64,000 bases of DNA from Bacillus sp. (in: firmicutes). GTDB lineage: Bacteria; Bacillota; Bacilli; Bacillales; DSM-1321. Of the stretch, positions 42,965-52,974 are shown piece by piece (positions within the stretch are counted from its first letter, which is position 1; each line of letters opens with the position of its first letter). The notes under the pieces were generated by a model. The model did not search any database and was not told the origin of the DNA. It worked only from the letters and a program-made list of their open reading frames with translations. The translations under genes were made by a program, and so were the position numbers. The stretch is from NCBI GenBank assembly GCA_045576475.1, contig JAZNGP010000006.1, forward strand, positions 1,115 to 65,114. The letters run 5' to 3'.

Positions 42965-43897
42965 TCATAATCGCTTGTTTTCTCCATCAAGCAAATATGG
43001 GACGGCAAGGGAACGGATCCTCTCCATGATTCTCGCGGCTTTCACTTCTTCTTTCTCTCCGCGTTGCGAAAACGTCAGATGGTTCTGAAGCTCTTCAAAG
43101 CTGAAATTGGAAGTGAAGAAAGTCGGCAGCTTATCCGCCATCCGATGCTGCAGGATGGGGCCGAGCACTTCATCCCTTGTCCAGCTTGTCATCGTTTCCG
43201 CACCGATATCATCAAGCATCAGGACAGGAGCGTTTTTGACGTACTCCAGTTTTTCGTTCAATGAATTATCTGCGATGCCGGATTTGATTTCACGCAGGAA
43301 ATCGGGCACATACACAAGGAGTGTCGAAATATTCTTATCGGCCAGATCATTGGCGATGGCGCCAAGCAAATAGGTTTTTCCGACTCCGAAGGAACCGTAA
43401 AGATAGAGCGCCTTCGGCTTTTCCCCAGATTGATAGGCATCTATAAAATGGTCAGCCGCTTCGACTGCCGCCAGTTTGGCTTTTGTTTTGATATGAACAT
43501 CAGCTAAATTGGCCGTAAGAATATCTTTAGGGATGTAAAGGCTTTGGATAAGTTTCTCCCTGTTCCTCTTCTCGTCTTCCCTCACTTTACGGCTGCAGCG
43601 TTCATAATACAGTTCGATATTGCCGTTGCGGAGACGGAGATTTGGGATATATCCCTTCATCATATTCGGACAATCCGCAAGGGAACCGCAGTTCTCGCAG
43701 TTCCTTGTTTCGTTCGTATACTCATACAGTTTCATTAACCCTTTTTCCACCGTACTTTCATCCATCTCGCTGCTGTTTTTATGGATGAATTCAATGACAT
43801 CGGGATGATTCAAAGTTTCTTGCTTAATTGCTTCATAACGCTTGGAGAAGTTGTTCGTATGGGTGAGCTGCATGAGTGCCTGTTCTATTTTCTTCAC
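42965..43897 (-). CDS. dnaI: Helicase loader DnaI
   Basis: Zn-binding C..C...C, Walker A GSFGVGKT, LDDIGAE and RIMERI motifs; GTG start 43897 likely. Confidence 0.96.
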   Translation of the reverse strand: MKKIEQALMQLTHTNNFSKRYEAIKQETLNHPDVIEFIHKNSSEMDESTVEKGLMKLYEYTNETRNCENCGSLADCPNMMKGYIPNLRLRNGNIELYYERCSRKVREDEKRNREKLIQSLYIPKDILTANLADVHIKTKAKLAAVEAADHFIDAYQSGEKPKALYLYGSFGVGKTYLLGAIANDLADKNISTLLVYVPDFLREIKSGIADNSLNEKLEYVKNAPVLMLDDIGAETMTSWTRDEVLGPILQHRMADKLPTFFTSNFSFEELQNHLTFSQRGEKEEVKAARIMERIRSLAVPYLLDGENKRL

Positions 43898-43902
43898 TGA
43901 TA

Positions 43903-45318
43903 TCACCCTTTGGCATTATATTTTTTACGCAGTTTGGCCTGAAGTTCCTCCACTTCCTGGAGGAAATCTTCATCCTCTTCCGTATTCCGGTCTATTTCCG
44001 TCTTTTCGCCATTTTTGGCTTCTTTCAGCCATTCAGGCACAATTTCTGTACGGATCGGCTGTTTCTTCGACGAATAGCTTTGTTTCGGCTTATTTGCACG
44101 CTCTTGGGCTTGTCTATATTCCGCCCGTGCGAATTCCATCGCTTCCTTGACGGTCTTGATGTTCTTCCTTGCCCAATGACTCGCAATTTTGCTCACATAT
44201 GCTTTCGACAGTTTCATATCTGTCATGATCATTACGTATTCCAACAAGACATTCATCACACCTGGAGGCAGTTTCTGCTTAAGCATGACATCCTCCACGA
44301 TTTGCAGGTCCGCCTTGGAAGGTTCGCTTCCGCCGCTGTGCTGGATCAGAAGTTCACGCGGTGATATACGTTCAAGCGCCAGGATGCGTTCATCTTCTTT
44401 AGTCAAAGGTTTCTCTTGGCCCGACCGATACTTGGCCGGCTGCACCTTTTCCGAAAGCGACGGATATTCTTCATTGTATTCAATTTGGTACCAGTCCCTC
44501 GCGGCTTTGCGCAGTTCTTCCACATCTATTTCATCTTGCCCGTTCACAGCGCGCATGACCACTGATTGCATGGCGATCGGATTGATTCCATAGATGTATG
44601 CAAGCTTGGCGATGACAATCTTGATCGGCTGCGTGAAGGCCTTTTCGGATATTAAGGAATGCTTAATGCCTGCCATGAACAATTGGAAATCGAATCTTTC
44701 CTCAAAACCTCCCAATTCCCCCTGCTCCATTTCACTGACAAAAACATTGCCTTCTTCCGGTTCCAGGTCCCTCTCAGCATCTCCTGCTTCAATATATAAG
44801 GAAGAATCAAGATGAGAAGATGAAAACACCTCCGCAAACGTAACCGTGGTTTCCTGGTATGTGCTTGTATCCAGCGCTTCTGAGCAAAAGAATTTTTTCA
44901 GTTTGGCGAATTGTGCTTTACCGATCTTTTTGTATAAATATATATTGAGCATCCCATCCGTAAAGAATTGTTCAGGATTGAGCGGCGCCATCATTTCATA
45001 GATGAAACTGCTCTTATCTCCCTCTTCCTTCTTGTTGTACACCTTCAGAAGTCCGATTCCTTCCAGCTTGCGGCGGGCTTCATAAATTTCTTTCAAAGAA
45101 AGGTCCATTGTGTTCATTATACTGTAATGATTGCTTCCTTGTGACCATAGAAGACTGCTTTCCAGTTCACTCCACAGCGTCATATACAGACTGACGCTCA
45201 ACGGCCCGATCAAAGGCTGATAGAGCAATGTGATTACTTTACGATCGTATTCACTGAGCATCCCTTTTGTGGTCACACGATATTGGTCGACAGGAAGCAA
45301 TTGCTGCCAATGCTGCAT
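43903..45318 (-). CDS. dnaB: Replication initiation/membrane attachment protein DnaB (Firmicute type)
   Basis: LLYQPLIG, RRKLEGIGLL and IASHWARKNIKTV motifs; synteny nrdR-dnaB-dnaI. Confidence 0.95.
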   Translation of the reverse strand: MQHWQQLLPVDQYRVTTKGMLSEYDRKVITLLYQPLIGPLSVSLYMTLWSELESSLLWSQGSNHYSIMNTMDLSLKEIYEARRKLEGIGLLKVYNKKEEGDKSSFIYEMMAPLNPEQFFTDGMLNIYLYKKIGKAQFAKLKKFFCSEALDTSTYQETTVTFAEVFSSSHLDSSLYIEAGDAERDLEPEEGNVFVSEMEQGELGGFEERFDFQLFMAGIKHSLISEKAFTQPIKIVIAKLAYIYGINPIAMQSVVMRAVNGQDEIDVEELRKAARDWYQIEYNEEYPSLSEKVQPAKYRSGQEKPLTKEDERILALERISPRELLIQHSGGSEPSKADLQIVEDVMLKQKLPPGVMNVLLEYVMIMTDMKLSKAYVSKIASHWARKNIKTVKEAMEFARAEYRQAQERANKPKQSYSSKKQPIRTEIVPEWLKEAKNGEKTEIDRNTEEDEDFLQEVEELQAKLRKKYNAKG

Positions 45319-45392
45319 GCAAATCCCCTTTCCGTTTCATTGATGCTTCTCGCAAGGGAACGAATAGAAAAAAGAGCTAAGAATGTATGTTC

Positions 45393-45851
45393 TTAGCGTA
45401 CTTTATTCACCAAATCCTTCAGTTCATCAATAAATACATTAATATCTTTAAATTGCCGATAAACGGATGCAAAACGGACATATGATACTTCATCTATTTT
45501 TGCAAGTCGATCCATCACCATTTCACCGATGATTTCGCTTTTCACTTCTGATATTCCAGTGCTTCTCAGTTCTTTTTCGACTTCAAGCACCAAGTTCTCA
45601 AGGTCATTCAATGGAACTGGGCGCTTTTCACAGGCTTTGATCAATCCACGCAGTATCTTGTCTCCAGAGAATTCTTCACGGACTCCTTCTTTCTTTACAA
45701 CAATCAGAGGTGTTTCCTCCACCTTCTCGAACGTTGTGAAGCGAAAGCTGCATTGTTCGCACTCTCTTCTGCGTCTGGTCGCCCTTCCTTCGTCTATAGG
45801 ACGCGAATCAAGGACTCTTGTCCCGTTATGCTGACAGCTCGGGCATTTCAT
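45393..45851 (-). CDS. nrdR: Transcriptional repressor NrdR
   Basis: [27 protein letters not shown] cone, [11 protein letters not shown]. Confidence 0.98.
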   Translation of the reverse strand: MKCPSCQHNGTRVLDSRPIDEGRATRRRRECEQCSFRFTTFEKVEETPLIVVKKEGVREEFSGDKILRGLIKACEKRPVPLNDLENLVLEVEKELRSTGISEVKSEIIGEMVMDRLAKIDEVSYVRFASVYRQFKDINVFIDELKDLVNKVR

Positions 45852-46050
45852 ATAATCAACTCCGTTATCAGAATGAGCATCTGAAGCCGACGTTATTCAG
45901 ATGTGTATTGTAACTTTATATTATATAAATTGGCATCCTTTCTCAACAAAAAACAAAAAAAGTAGGAATTTACCTTTTCTATATCCAGCCATAAAAAAAG
46001 AGATGCTCATTAGCGCACCTCTTTTATAAGCTTCAATTTTTAAAGAACGT

Positions 46051-46413
46051 TCAATTCGGTACAGCAACAGGCCCGAGTCCCCGCGGGAGCTCGATCCTCT
46101 CCTTTGTCTCTGCGTCAAGTGCGTCTGCGATGTATTCCGCCGCAATATTGGGATTCAATTCGCCGCAAGTATATACGTCAATGCTGGCATACCCATGCTC
46201 CGGAAAACTGTGGATCGTCAGATGTGACTCCGAGATGATGACTACCCCGCTCACACCTTGCGGAGCGAATTTATGGAATGCCACCTCGCGTATTTCTGCA
46301 CCTGAATGCAGTGCCGCCTCCACAAAAATCCGTTCAATTGTCTCAAGATTATTCAACTTTTCCACATTACAGCCCCAAAGTTCCGATATCACATGTCTAC
46401 CTAATGTTTCCAT
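46051..46413 (-). CDS. speD: S-adenosylmethionine decarboxylase proenzyme
   Basis: [15 protein letters not shown] (pyruvoyl self-cleavage site) and IDVYTCG. Confidence 0.97.
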   Translation of the reverse strand: METLGRHVISELWGCNVEKLNNLETIERIFVEAALHSGAEIREVAFHKFAPQGVSGVVIISESHLTIHSFPEHGYASIDVYTCGELNPNIAAEYIADALDAETKERIELPRGLGPVAVPN

Positions 46414-46548
46414 GTCATATTTCCCCCTTTAACATTTAAGTTTCAAGAAAAAGTTAAAGACAGCTGCCACGGGGGAAAGTTAGTCCAAAGAGGTCCTAAC
46501 CCTTTGAGCAGCCATTTGCGAACAACTCTAAAGGAGTTCACGCTGATT

Positions 46549-46577
46549 AGTATACTTCTTTTGGAAATGCTTTTCAA
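46549..46577 (-). promoter_or_regulatory. SigA promoter of speD
   Basis: TTGAAA-17 nt-TATACT, giving a leader of about 130 nt. Confidence 0.72.
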
Positions 46578-46676
46578 TGAAACTTTCCATATATTTAAAA
46601 AAATGAAAATACATATTCTGGACATAAAAAAGTCTGCCGCATAATGCGGCAGACCAATGATTACTTATAGAACCTG

Positions 46677-47708
46677 TTATCCTGCCGATACTTTCTTAAG
46701 CTCAAGAAGCTGTTGAGCCACAAGCTTCGTCAAGTCGACGACACGACACGAATATCCCCACTCATTATCATACCAAGCCAGCACCTTCACCTTATTTTCA
46801 CCGATGACCATTGTGGACAGGCCATCAATAATGGATGAATGCGGATTCGTGTTGAAATCAACAGAGACAAGCGGTTCTTCCGTGTATTGAATGATTCCTT
46901 CAAGACTTCCTTCAGATGCCGTTTTGAAAGTTTCATTGATTTCTTCGGCAGTCACAGGACGCTTAAGGTCTACGACAAGGTCGACAAGCGACACATTCGA
47001 TACCGGTACACGCAAGGCCATTCCATGAAGCTTCCCTTTCAGCTCAGGGATAACGAGTGATAATGCCTTGGCTGCACCAGTTGTAGTCGGAATGATGCTT
47101 TGTGCACATGCACGAGCCCTTCTCAAGTCTTTATGCGGATTGTCCAAATTCTTCTGATCATTTGTATAAGCATGCACGGTTGTCATTAAACCGTTTTCAA
47201 TTCCGAATTGTTCATTGAGCACTTTCGCGACCGGTGCAAGGCAGTTCGTTGTACATGAAGCATTACTGATGACTGTATGCTCTTCGATATCTAGCTTCTC
47301 TTCATTGACACCCATCACGATGGTCACATCTTCATTTTTTCCCGGTGCTGTAAGAATGACTTTCTTCGCTCCCGCACGGACGTGCATGGCGGCTTTATCA
47401 CGTTCGTTGAATTTGCCGGTTGCTTCAATGACGATGTCGATGTTCAACTCTTTCCACGGAAGCTCTTCCGGATTCCGGTTGCTCAGCAATTCAACTTTCT
47501 TGCCGTTCACAATCAATGCTTCCCCTTCAGCAAAGATATCTCCTTCAAATTTACCGTGACTTGTATCGTATTTAATCAAATGGACCAATGTTTCAGCCGG
47601 ATATAACGCATTGACTGCCACTAAATCCACCGTATTGTCCATCATCATCTTTCTGAATACCATTCTCCCTATTCTCCCAAACCCATTGATCGCTATTCTA
47701 GCCTTCAT
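46677..47708 (-). CDS. gapB: Gluconeogenic NAD(P)-dependent GAPDH
   Basis: SNASCTTNCL; Ala at the coenzyme-specificity site (VNALYP instead of VND); synteny coaE-gapB-speD. Confidence 0.95.
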   Translation of the reverse strand: MKARIAINGFGRIGRMVFRKMMMDNTVDLVAVNALYPAETLVHLIKYDTSHGKFEGDIFAEGEALIVNGKKVELLSNRNPEELPWKELNIDIVIEATGKFNERDKAAMHVRAGAKKVILTAPGKNEDVTIVMGVNEEKLDIEEHTVISNASCTTNCLAPVAKVLNEQFGIENGLMTTVHAYTNDQKNLDNPHKDLRRARACAQSIIPTTTGAAKALSLVIPELKGKLHGMALRVPVSNVSLVDLVVDLKRPVTAEEINETFKTASEGSLEGIIQYTEEPLVSVDFNTNPHSSIIDGLSTMVIGENKVKVLAWYDNEWGYSCRVVDLTKLVAQQLLELKKVSAG

Positions 47709-47759
47709 TATTTCGGCCCCTCCCGAATTAGTGTTATACTCAATCGAGTAACATATTGG

Positions 47760-47777
47760 TATTAGTATAACACATTA
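47760..47777 (-). promoter_or_regulatory. CcpN-type operator overlapping the gapB -10
   Basis: TTAATGTGTTATACTAAT resembles the B. subtilis gapB CcpN site (TGTGxxATAC) and contains an extended -10 TGnTATACT. Confidence 0.7.
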
Positions 47778-47954
47778 AAAAAACTTTGGAAGATTAAAGA
47801 GCCTATTTTTTATAGTTTAAATAATCAGATAATTTTGTCCAACATTCTGTTAAATCTCCGTGTTGATTCTCGCTTAGACAAAGAAAAACACAATTAGTAC
47901 GAAAACAGCCTTTGAAAAGAAAACAAGCTGAGATGAGCAGTTTTCCCGCCTTTC

Positions 47955-48563
47955 TCAGCTTGTTTTATTCAGATCCCATTTCTGAAATAGTTCCTCCAGC
48001 TGCCTTTTCGTTTCACTTTCGCTGCCGTTATTGTCGAGGATCGCATCCGCCAGCTGTTTCTTCTCATCAAGCGGCATCTGTGAGCGAATCCGGGAAAGTG
48101 CTTCAGCCTCCGAGTATCCATTCCTTCGCATAAGCCTCTTCAGCTGTACTTCTTCATTGACGTACACAAGCAAGGTGCAATCGACCATCTTCGTCAGTTT
48201 GCTTTCGAATAGAAGAGGGATATCCAAAAAGACCACTGTCTCCCCATCCGAAAAAGCCCGCTCTTTCGATTCGTCCATGAATCTGCGCACCGCGGGATGC
48301 ACGATGCTGTTCAGTTTAAGCCGCTTTTCCTTATCATTGAAAATGATATTTCCAAGTTTTTCACGATTAAGGGTGCCGTCTTCACGTAAAATCCCTGCTC
48401 CAAAGAACTCTACAATCTGCCGATACGCTTCTTCTCCCGGTTCCACAACAGCCCGGGAAGCCAGATCCGCATCGATCACTGTATAACCCTTTTCCATGAT
48501 CATCTTGCTTACCGTGCTTTTTCCGCTTGCAATACCGCCCGTCACTCCTATAACTTTCCTCAT
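47955..48563 (-). CDS. coaE: Dephospho-CoA kinase
   Basis: GVTGGIASGKS, IDAD, HPAVR, DIPLLFE and SQMP motifs. Confidence 0.96.
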   Translation of the reverse strand: MRKVIGVTGGIASGKSTVSKMIMEKGYTVIDADLASRAVVEPGEEAYRQIVEFFGAGILREDGTLNREKLGNIIFNDKEKRLKLNSIVHPAVRRFMDESKERAFSDGETVVFLDIPLLFESKLTKMVDCTLLVYVNEEVQLKRLMRRNGYSEAEALSRIRSQMPLDEKKQLADAILDNNGSESETKRQLEELFQKWDLNKTS

Positions 48564-48589
48564 CTCCGACACCCTTCCTGACTATCTTT

Positions 48590-49228
48590 TCACCATTTTA
48601 ATACACCAATCAGTATCAGTAAAATACCAGGCAAAAAAGATAGCTTATGCATCCATGTGCGGCAGGACAATTTCTTGCCGAAACCCATTCCGGCTTTAAT
48701 GAATAAAGCACTCATGATTCCGATGCTTACCGCCAGCATCCAAGGGGAATACCCCATCATGGCTGCACCAAGACCTGCACCGAACGCATCAAGCGACAGC
48801 GCCAAACCTAACAGGACCGCTTCCCTTCCGTTGATGGCACCTGATTTATCAATATCGGCGGCTGCAGGTTTCTTCAGGATATTGATGGCAATACCGAAAT
48901 ATTTCACTTCAATGGTGGCGATGACTTTCTCTTCTTCCTCTTCCTGAAGATTTTCCGGTTCATCACGGACGTTCTGATAGATGATCCATCCTCCCAGAAG
49001 CACCAGAATGAAACCTCCCAATCTGGATGCAGTGGAAGGGGGAAGGATCGTACTCAACACATTTCCGGCAAGCATGCTGATGAGCATCGTGAATGCCGAC
49101 ATACAGGCAATCACTATGATGGAAACCAGCGGAATCCGGATATTCCTTAACCCATAAGTAAAACCGACACTGAAACTGTCGAGACTGACTGCGAATGCAA
49201 GCAAAACAATTGCTGATACGTTGGTCAT
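48590..49228 (-). CDS. ytaF: Sporulation membrane protein YtaF (MntP-like)
   Basis: Repeated AVSLDSFSVG / ALSLDAFGAG motifs; synteny mutM-ytaF-coaE. Confidence 0.9.
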   Translation of the reverse strand: MTNVSAIVLLAFAVSLDSFSVGFTYGLRNIRIPLVSIIVIACMSAFTMLISMLAGNVLSTILPPSTASRLGGFILVLLGGWIIYQNVRDEPENLQEEEEEKVIATIEVKYFGIAINILKKPAAADIDKSGAINGREAVLLGLALSLDAFGAGLGAAMMGYSPWMLAVSIGIMSALFIKAGMGFGKKLSCRTWMHKLSFLPGILLILIGVLKW

Positions 49229-49288
49229 AAAGAAGAGCCCCCTCCTACAATCAGTAAGATAGTATATGGAAGGAGCCCGATAATTGTT

Positions 49289-50125
49289 CTATTCCTTTTT
49301 CAACGGCTGGCAGCAGGGGCAGATATGCGTTCCTCTGCCGGCCACCTTCAATTTGACGATCGGAGTCCCGCATTTCTTGCAGGCTTCCCCTGTTCGTCCA
49401 TACACGTATAGCTGCTGCTGAAACATCCCGATTTTCCCTTGGGAATTGATGTACGATCGGATGGTGCTTCCCCCAAGTTCGATCGCTTCGCTCAATGTCG
49501 CTTTAATCTCTTCCGTCAGCCGCTGATATTCGGAATCGGTCAAGGATGCAGCGCTTCTCTCCGGATGGATGCCTGCGCGGTATAGAGCTTCGTCCACATA
49601 TATGTTTCCCGCTCCGACGACAGCCTTTTGATCAAGAAGGACCGCTTTGATGCTGCGGGTCGTTCTTCCGGCCGCTTGTTTGAATGTTTCCCAAGTGAAT
49701 GCATCCGACAGCGGCTCTGGACCAAGATGCAGAAGGGGAAGTGAAGTCATTTCAGTCCCTTTCGCAAAAAGATGCATTGTCCCGAACTTACGGACATCTT
49801 TATAACGGAGCTCTGTTCCATCATTGAATGCAAAAATGACATGGGTATGTTTCTCCCGTTCCTGTTCAGACGGGTAAAGCATATATTTCCCTTCCATACG
49901 AAGATGGGACACCAATGCATAGTCCGTCAATTGGAAGATGAGGAATTTGCCTCTTCTTCCAATTGACTCGATTTTCTGCCCTGTCAGGGCATCGGCGAAC
50001 TGTTCATATTCAGCAGGCTTTTTGATGATATTCGGCCATAAGACCGTCACTTTCTCTATTTCTTTTCCGATCACTAGTTGTTCAAGCGTCCTGCGGACCG
50101 TTTCCACTTCCGGAAGTTCCGGCAT
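49289..50125 (-). CDS. mutM: Formamidopyrimidine-DNA glycosylase
   Basis: MPELPEVE, HLRMEG, GNIYVDE, C-terminal Zn finger. Confidence 0.98.
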   Translation of the reverse strand: MPELPEVETVRRTLEQLVIGKEIEKVTVLWPNIIKKPAEYEQFADALTGQKIESIGRRGKFLIFQLTDYALVSHLRMEGKYMLYPSEQEREKHTHVIFAFNDGTELRYKDVRKFGTMHLFAKGTEMTSLPLLHLGPEPLSDAFTWETFKQAAGRTTRSIKAVLLDQKAVVGAGNIYVDEALYRAGIHPERSAASLTDSEYQRLTEEIKATLSEAIELGGSTIRSYINSQGKIGMFQQQLYVYGRTGEACKKCGTPIVKLKVAGRGTHICPCCQPLKKE

Positions 50126-50165
50126 CTTGTCATCCCCTTTGCTGCAAATTCATATCAGCCGCAGA

Positions 50166-52796
50166 TTATTTAGCATGATACCACGTCGGCCCGAAGGAAT
50201 AATCTACCTTCAAAGGAACATCCATGTCCAAAGCATGTTCCATGACTTCCGGTACGATTCTTTCTAGGACGGCAATCTCTTCTTCAGGGCATTCGAAGAT
50301 CAGCTCATCATGCACCTGCAGAAGCAGGCGTGTTTTCAGCTTTTCTTTTTTCAGTCTTTCACTCATATGGATCATCGCCAGTTTGATGACATCCGCCGCG
50401 CTGCCTTGTATCGGTGTATTCATCGCTGTTCTCTCTGCGAAGGAACGCAAATTGAAATTACGGCTGGTTATTTCCGGCAGATAGCGCCTGCGGTGAAGCA
50501 AGGTTGTCACATAGCCTTTTTCCTTCGCTTCCCGAACGACGTTATCCATATATTCCTGAACACCGGGGAAGCTTTCCAAATACCGTTCAATGAACTTTGC
50601 AGCATCCTTTCTCGTGATTCCAAGACTCTGTGAAAGACCATAATCACTGATGCCGTATACGATGCCGAAGTTGACTGCCTTCGCCTGTCTTCTCATATTG
50701 GATGTTACTTCCTCTGCCGAGACCCCGAATACATCCATGGCTGTTTTTGTATGAATATCCATATCTGCATTGAATGCCTCAATTAAACCGTCATCTTTCG
50801 CGATATGGGCCAGCACACGCAATTCGATCTGTGAATAATCGGCGGCGAATATCGACCAGCCTTCCTCGGAAGGTACGAATGCCTGCCTTATTTTCCTGCC
50901 TTCTTCCAGCCTGATCGGGATGTTCTGCAGGTTCGGATCTGTCGAGCTCAGACGTCCGGTCTGTGTGAGTGCCTGATTGAAACGTGTATGGACTTTACCA
51001 GTCTCTTTGTCGATCACTTTCAGCAGGCCTTCAATATATGTCGACTGCAGTTTTCCGAGTTGGCGGTACTCCAGGATTTCCCGGATGATCTCATGTTTGC
51101 TTTCCAGTTTCTCAAGCACATCGGCCGAAGTGGAATAACCTGTCTTCGTTTTCTTGATGATCGGAAGCTGCAGTTTCTCGAATAAGATGACGCCCAGCTG
51201 TTTCGGTGAATTGATGTTGAAAGATTCCCCTGCCAGCTCATGAATATGCGCCTCGATCCGTGACAGCTTCACAGCCATTTCTTCTTTCATTCCTTCGAGC
51301 GTCCCGCTGTCCACCTTCACACCCGTTATTTCCATTTCTGCAAGGATAATCGACAATGGCAGTTCCAAATCCCTCAGCAATTCGATTTGTCCATTCTTCT
51401 CAAGCTCTTCCATCATTTTTTCCTTAAGGACCGAAAGCGTTTGGGCCTTCATTGCAATATGTGCGGAAAGGGCAGGTTCATCCGGAACGCTCCGCTTTGC
51501 CCCTTTTCCATAGAAGAGTTCATCGGATTGAATGGATCGTCCAATTTCTTGTTTGGCGATGGCTGCAACATCTTCTCCATGATCGCCCGGATTTAAAATA
51601 TAGGAAGCGACGAATAGATCGAAGTCCACACCCTTCAAGGCGATCCCATGTTTATGCAAGGCGACGATGGAACGCTTCGCATCATATACAGACTTACTCT
51701 TCGTTTCATCTTCCGCCCACTTCTTGAATGCTTCTGATCGGATTGCGGCTTCAAGCGGGATATAACGGACTCCTTTATCATTGCTGACCGCCATGCCTAT
51801 GATCGGTGCGTTTTGATAGTTATCCTCTATCACTTCCAGGTAAAAGGCGGTCTCATCGGTGAATATATCTTCCGTCACATCCGTCACCGTTTCATATTCG
51901 ACCTCCTCATACTCCGCCGTATCTTCCCCTGCCGGAGCATCCATCTTATCAAGCAATGATTGGAAACCGAGTTCTTTATAGATTTCCGCAACCTTGCCTG
52001 CATCGATTCCTTGATAAGCAATATCCTCCAGTTTCATTTCCACAGGAGCTTCCCTCGTGATTGTCGCAAGCTGTTTGGATAACAAAGCGAGATCGCGGTT
52101 ATCTTCCAGTTTTTCTTTCAGCTTCTTCCCGGACACTTCATGTATGGACTCCAATACGTTCTCCAGGCTTCCGAACTGGGCGAGCAGCTTCAGAGCAGTC
52201 TTTTCACCTACGCCCGGCACACCCGGTATATTATCGGAACTATCCCCCATCAAACCTTTCATATCGATGATCTTATCCGGAGTCAGACCATATTTCTCTT
52301 CAATATGGGCAGGTGTGTAATTCTCGATATCCGTGATTCCCTTCCGCGTGATGCTCACTGTAGTCTGCTCAGAAGCCAACTGCGTCAAATCTTTATCGCC
52401 AGAGATGATCTTCACTTCAAAACCGTCTTTCTCTGCCTGCAGAGAAAGCGTCCCGATGATATCATCCGCTTCATAATTCGTAAGTTCGTATTGCGGAATT
52501 CCATATGCTTTCAGCAATTCCCGTATGAAAGGGAACTGTTCGGAGAGTTCGGGAGGCGTCTTTTGTCTTCCGCCTTTGTACTCGCTGTATGATTCATGCC
52601 TGAATGTTGTTTTGCCGGCATCGAAAGCTACAAGGATATGGGTCGGCTTTTCTTCCTCAATCACCTTATTCAACATCATCGAAAATCCGTATACCGCATT
52701 TGTATGTATTCCCTTATCGTTATTCAATAAAGGCAGTGCAAAGAATGCCCTGTAAGCAATGCTGTTCCCGTCGATAAGCATCAGTTTTTTCTTCAT
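50166..52796 (-). CDS. polA: DNA polymerase I
   Basis: 5'-3' exonuclease domain (YKGGR, EADD, GDSSDN), motif A DYSQIELR, motif B RRQAKAVNFGIVYG, motif C QVHDEL. Confidence 0.99.
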   Translation of the reverse strand: MKKKLMLIDGNSIAYRAFFALPLLNNDKGIHTNAVYGFSMMLNKVIEEEKPTHILVAFDAGKTTFRHESYSEYKGGRQKTPPELSEQFPFIRELLKAYGIPQYELTNYEADDIIGTLSLQAEKDGFEVKIISGDKDLTQLASEQTTVSITRKGITDIENYTPAHIEEKYGLTPDKIIDMKGLMGDSSDNIPGVPGVGEKTALKLLAQFGSLENVLESIHEVSGKKLKEKLEDNRDLALLSKQLATITREAPVEMKLEDIAYQGIDAGKVAEIYKELGFQSLLDKMDAPAGEDTAEYEEVEYETVTDVTEDIFTDETAFYLEVIEDNYQNAPIIGMAVSNDKGVRYIPLEAAIRSEAFKKWAEDETKSKSVYDAKRSIVALHKHGIALKGVDFDLFVASYILNPGDHGEDVAAIAKQEIGRSIQSDELFYGKGAKRSVPDEPALSAHIAMKAQTLSVLKEKMMEELEKNGQIELLRDLELPLSIILAEMEITGVKVDSGTLEGMKEEMAVKLSRIEAHIHELAGESFNINSPKQLGVILFEKLQLPIIKKTKTGYSTSADVLEKLESKHEIIREILEYRQLGKLQSTYIEGLLKVIDKETGKVHTRFNQALTQTGRLSSTDPNLQNIPIRLEEGRKIRQAFVPSEEGWSIFAADYSQIELRVLAHIAKDDGLIEAFNADMDIHTKTAMDVFGVSAEEVTSNMRRQAKAVNFGIVYGISDYGLSQSLGITRKDAAKFIERYLESFPGVQEYMDNVVREAKEKGYVTTLLHRRRYLPEITSRNFNLRSFAERTAMNTPIQGSAADVIKLAMIHMSERLKKEKLKTRLLLQVHDELIFECPEEEIAVLERIVPEVMEHALDMDVPLKVDYSFGPTWYHAK

Positions 52797-52974
52797 TTAA
52801 CGTGCCTCCTTAGATGCTATTCCGATTCCATCTGCATCGTTCAACATCTCTTCTATTATTGTTTATTCTATCATGTTCTGATACATAAGAGAAACGCTTC
52901 GGACCTTGGGGCTTTTCTTGTCCGCAATAAAAAAAGCCCTCTTTTGAGAGGACTTTATATTGCTGCCGGCAGCA

